This document shows, piece after piece, positions 60,758 to 64,000 of a stretch of DNA of 64,000 nt. Below the pieces are notes generated by a model. The model worked only from the letters and a program-made list of their open reading frames with translations. It was not told where the DNA came from and ran no database searches. Origin of the DNA: Acidimicrobiia bacterium (GTDB lineage Bacteria > Actinomycetota > Acidimicrobiia > Acidimicrobiales > JANYDT01); the NCBI GenBank assembly GCA_031418035.1, contig JANOWU010000051.1, forward strand, positions 20,803 to 84,802, written 5' to 3'. Position 1 is the first letter of the stretch. Every line of letters starts with the position of its first letter. The translations under genes were made by a program, and so were the position numbers.

Positions 60758-61192
60758 GTGACCGAGCAAACACCGCCTGATGACCCGTCGGGTTCCTCCG
60801 TTCGGGGCACGATCGAGCCAAAAGCGGTCGCCGGCGGCTTCGTCACGGCCGTTATCTGTGTCGGCGCCGGTCTCGCCGTGGCACTCCTCATCCGAGCGGT
60901 CTTCGATTGGACGAACGGTGGCACCTCGACGCTGTTGTTCGTGTTTGCTGCGTCGGGGTTCTTGTTGGGAGGATTTCGGGCAGGGTTGTTGTGTCCGCCC
61001 GCTCCCCTCTCGAATGGCGCGGTCGCGTCGATGCTGGCCTTCGTGCCGCTCGGCGTCGGCCAACGCATCATTGCCGGCAAGGACCTGCGTCCCCTGTCGC
61101 TCGTCTTCGGGGCCTTTTTCGCTGCGTCGCTCGGTGTGTTCGGCGGGTTGGTAGCCAACAATGCGAATCGCATGCGACGAAACGCGAAGTAG
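60758..61192 (+). CDS. Small integral membrane protein (hypothetical)
   Basis: 144 aa from GTG 60758, 4 nt after the aminotransferase stop. Four hydrophobic segments (GGFVTAVICVGAGLAVALLI, LLFVFAASGFLLGGF, AVASMLAFVPLGV, LVFGAFFAASLGVFGGLV). Confidence 0.55.
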   Translation: MTEQTPPDDPSGSSVRGTIEPKAVAGGFVTAVICVGAGLAVALLIRAVFDWTNGGTSTLLFVFAASGFLLGGFRAGLLCPPAPLSNGAVASMLAFVPLGVGQRIIAGKDLRPLSLVFGAFFAASLGVFGGLVANNANRMRRNAK

Positions 61193-61224
61193 CGCAAACC
61201 CTTGCGCCGCTAAGGTTCACGTCC

Positions 61225-62682
61225 ATGTCGTATCTCGTTGTTGACGTCGGGACGTCAAGTATCCGGACCTGCATCGTTCGTCACGACGGCCGCGTCGATC
61301 ACGAGTCTCGGGTGGAGGCACTGCCTTCGACTCCTTTTGCCGGCCTGGTGGAGTTCGACCCGGTGGCCCTGCTCAAGTCGGTGGTCGAATCCGCAACGCA
61401 AACACTGAAGGTCGGCGGACCCGTCGAAGGCGTCGGTATTGCCAACCAACGCGGATCGACAGTTGTTTGGGATGCATCGACCGGTCTCCCGGTCGGACCA
61501 GGTTTGGGGTGGCAGGACCTGCGGACCATCGGAACCTGCATGGAGATGAAGGAAAAGGGATTCGCCATTCCCCCGAACGCGTCAGCCACGAAAGTGTCGC
61601 ATCTCCTCGACCTTTTCGACGTCGATCGAAAGAATGTGCACTTACGTTTTGGCACCATTGACAGCTGGCTCGTTTGGAACCTGACTCGGGGTGCGGTTCA
61701 CGTGGTCGATGCGACAAACGCCGGGGCGACTGCGCTGGTCACTCCTTCGGCGGGAGGGTTGGCGTGGCGCGCTGATGTGCTCGACGCCCTGAAGATCCCT
61801 GCCCACATGCTTCCGACGATCGTCGACTCCTTCGGGGTGGTGGGCGAAGCCTCAGCGCTCCCCGGCTCTCCACCCGTTGCCGCGATTCTCGGGGATCAGC
61901 AGGCGTCGATGTTCGCGCAGGGCTGCGTCTTGCCGGGTGACACGAAGGCAACATTCGGCACGGGAGCCATGATCGACGTGGTCGTCGGCCCGAACCCGCC
62001 AACCATTCTCTCCCGACTGCCGGGTGGCACCATTCCCATCGCGGCATCACAGCGGTCAGGCACGATCACGTGGGGCGTCGAGGCCGTCATGTTGTCGGCG
62101 GGATCTTCGGTGGAGTGGCTTCGTGACGACCTGCAGATCATCGCCTCGACACCCGAGTCCGAGATCATCGCGAGTCAGTGTGCGGACACCGAAGGCGTCA
62201 TGTTTGTCCCTGCGCTGCTCGGAATCGCCACGCCGCATTGGGACTACGGCGCGCGTGGAACCCTTGTCGGGATGACCCGGGGTACTGGACGCGCGCATAT
62301 TGTTCGGGCCGTCCTGGAGGGCGTTGCCCTGCATGGCGCAGACTTGGTCGACGCTGCAGCCGCCGACTCGGGAACTGAGATCGTACGTATACGTATCGAT
62401 GGTGGAATGAGCGAGAACCCTGTCTTCGTGCAGGCGTTCGCCGACGCATGCAACCGCCCGGTTCTTGTCTCGTCCGTCACCGAAGCGACGGCGCTGGGCG
62501 CTGGCCTTGCAGTTTCGTTGGCGCTGGGCACCCTCCCGACGCCCGAGGCGATTGCCGAGCTCGCCCACCCTTCCCATGTTGTCGAGCCCTCGTCGCGGGC
62601 GACGAGTTTTCGCGAGCGGTGGGAAGACGCGGTTGGGCGATCGCGCGAATGGTTCCCGGCGCTCAGCGCGCTCGATTTCTGA
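61225..62682 (+). CDS. glpK: FGGY-family carbohydrate kinase, glycerol-kinase-like
   Basis: ATG 61225 (MSYLVVDVGTSSIR...). NQRGSTVVWD, GDQQASMFAQGC, TFGTGAMI, IRIDGGMSENPVFVQ. The upstream part of the 591-aa ORF overlaps the membrane protein gene. Confidence 0.75.
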   Translation: MSYLVVDVGTSSIRTCIVRHDGRVDHESRVEALPSTPFAGLVEFDPVALLKSVVESATQTLKVGGPVEGVGIANQRGSTVVWDASTGLPVGPGLGWQDLRTIGTCMEMKEKGFAIPPNASATKVSHLLDLFDVDRKNVHLRFGTIDSWLVWNLTRGAVHVVDATNAGATALVTPSAGGLAWRADVLDALKIPAHMLPTIVDSFGVVGEASALPGSPPVAAILGDQQASMFAQGCVLPGDTKATFGTGAMIDVVVGPNPPTILSRLPGGTIPIAASQRSGTITWGVEAVMLSAGSSVEWLRDDLQIIASTPESEIIASQCADTEGVMFVPALLGIATPHWDYGARGTLVGMTRGTGRAHIVRAVLEGVALHGADLVDAAAADSGTEIVRIRIDGGMSENPVFVQAFADACNRPVLVSSVTEATALGAGLAVSLALGTLPTPEAIAELAHPSHVVEPSSRATSFRERWEDAVGRSREWFPALSALDF

Positions 62683-62689
62683 GCGCGAT

Positions 62690-64000
62690 CTACGCGTCGG
62701 CCACCCGTACCCGGACAGTATGCCAACCCTCGGCCCCGTCGGGGGCGACAGCAACACGCTCCTCGCGCTGGGTGAACCCGGTGGCATCGGTCGCACGAAC
62801 GCGCACCTGGTGCGGCCCGGGCGTCGCATCCCACATCAGCGTCCACTGCCGCCAGGTGTCGATGCCGCCGTCGTCACCGAGGATGGCGACGCGCCACGGT
62901 TGGTCATCGATCTGAACTTCCACCTTTGCGATGCCGACGTGCTGGGCCCAGGCGACCCCGGCTATCGGAACGCGCCCCTGAACGAGATTGCCGCCGATGC
63001 GCCCGCCCGATCCGACGACATCGATTCGAGATGCCGTCTTGATTGGAGCGATAGCCGCCCAACCCCGAGGAATCCAGTATCCGGCGTCGTCTTCGAACGT
63101 GGTGAGCTTGATCTCCGAGATCCACTTCACCGCCGAGACATAACCGTATATTCCGGGCACGACTAGGCGTGCGGGAAAGCCGTGACGGGCCGGGAGAGGT
63201 TGGCCGTTCATACCAATCGCCAGCAACGCTTCGCGACCGTCGAGAGCTACCTCAGTGGGAAAACCTGCGGTGAAGCCGTCGACCGACGTCACGAAGACCT
63301 GCGTAGCCCCGTCACGGACGCCGGCTTTGTTAAGGATGTCGCGCAGCCGCACTCCCGTCCATCGGGCATTGCCCACGAGGTCACCGCCAACCTCATTCGA
63401 CACGCACATCAGGGTGCAGTCATGTTCGATAAGTGGACCGAACTTCCCGGAACGGATGTCCTCATAGGAAATCGTAAGTTCACGTTCCACACGGCCGACG
63501 ATCTTCAACGACCAGGTGGACGCATCGACACGCGGCACGACAAGGGCGGTGTCGATTCGGTAGAAGTCGTCATTGGGCGAAAAGAACGGCGGCCTCTTCA
63601 AAGCAGAATCTGCTGCGGCGACATTCGTCACCGGCAGTCGGCGCACGGACTCCGGAATTGGTTTCGCCGTTGCTGCGACGACGTCGTCTTGGAGTACCCG
63701 GGATAAACCAAATGATGTTGCCGCAGCGGCTGTCGCTCCACCACCCATCGCCAGAAACTGGCGTCGACCGACGACGGTCGACGCCTTCGTTGTCGTCGCA
63801 TCATCGGATTCCGACAGCTCTCGGTCAGGATCGAGTCGACCGATGAGGATCCACAGTGCCCCAATCGTTGCAGCGAAGGCGGACACAATTCCCAGAGTGT
63901 CCTTGGCCGAAGGCGACCGTCCAGAGAGCGCCGCCGCCACTCCAACCCCGGCGAACATGACGACGCCAAACACGCCGTTCAGGAATCGCCGCGCCGCTGC
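62690..64000 (-). CDS. Molybdopterin-dependent oxidoreductase (sulfite-oxidase fold) with N-terminal membrane/Tat region; 5' end probably outside the window
   Basis: RRQFLAMGGGATAAAA twin-arginine motif. Mo-Cys context HDCTLMCVSNEVGG. FPARLVVPGIYGYVSAVKW. The reading frame stays open from GTG 63973 to nt 64000 (…AAARRFLNGV), so the start may lie beyond the edge. Confidence 0.8.
   Translation of the reverse strand, partial: AAARRFLNGVFGVVMFAGVGVAAALSGRSPSAKDTLGIVSAFAATIGALWILIGRLDPDRELSESDDATTTKASTVVGRRQFLAMGGGATAAAATSFGLSRVLQDDVVAATAKPIPESVRRLPVTNVAAADSALKRPPFFSPNDDFYRIDTALVVPRVDASTWSLKIVGRVERELTISYEDIRSGKFGPLIEHDCTLMCVSNEVGGDLVGNARWTGVRLRDILNKAGVRDGATQVFVTSVDGFTAGFPTEVALDGREALLAIGMNGQPLPARHGFPARLVVPGIYGYVSAVKWISEIKLTTFEDDAGYWIPRGWAAIAPIKTASRIDVVGSGGRIGGNLVQGRVPIAGVAWAQHVGIAKVEVQIDDQPWRVAILGDDGGIDTWRQWTLMWDATPGPHQVRVRATDATGFTQREERVAVAPDGAEGWHTVRVRVADA

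Noticed and set aside
60907-61224. N-terminal extension of the FGGY kinase ORF
   Set aside because: It overlaps the small membrane protein gene out of frame. Kinase homology (VVDVGTSSIR) begins right after ATG 61225.

Overview
This is 64 kb of high-GC, tightly packed bacterial chromosome. It is most consistent with an actinobacterium: it has a type II FAS operon, a mycothiol-type DinB/maleylpyruvate-isomerase-family protein, an F420-type LLM oxidoreductase, and a MerR/DUF151 pair like mycobacterial Rv1828-Rv1829. The taxon is inference. I call about 58 protein-coding genes. I recognised no rRNA, tRNA, CRISPR array, transposase or integrase by eye. The left 36 kb is mostly housekeeping and central metabolism. 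It holds fabD-fabH-fabG-acpP-fabF; a convergent parA-like / acyl-CoA-dehydrogenase-like / bcp / fabZ string; a long-form LOG protein; a GH2 beta-galactosidase coupled to a Gfo/Idh/MocA oxidoreductase; an aldo-keto reductase and two LLM oxidoreductases; glcD-glcE-glcF; typA; gcvT behind the MerR/DUF151 pair; and glgA-glgC. The right part (about 36.8-58.8 kb) is an accessory-looking, partly lower-GC glycan assembly locus. It encodes nine glycosyltransferase domains in eight genes, a WbaP-type initiating phosphoglycosyltransferase, and a Wzm/Wzt ABC exporter whose ATPase carries a Wzt_C-like C-terminal glycan-binding domain. It also encodes two SAM methyltransferases (one behind a long helical N-terminal region, WbdD-like logic), GDP-mannose 4,6-dehydratase, a spherulin-4/GH135-like secreted protein, and two uncharacterised secreted proteins. 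This reads as a cap-terminated, ABC-transporter-dependent glycan pathway in a Gram-positive-type genome, with no recognisable ligase or acceptor gene in the window. It is my best candidate for an undescribed system. Other points worth a look are FabD fused to a lysine-less biotinyl-like domain, a 5 x 15-nt tandem repeat in the acpP leader, a 975-bp apparently non-coding gap next to typA, and Thr-rich linkers in four secreted proteins. All functional calls rest on motif recognition in the supplied translations; no database search or computation beyond hand counting was possible.
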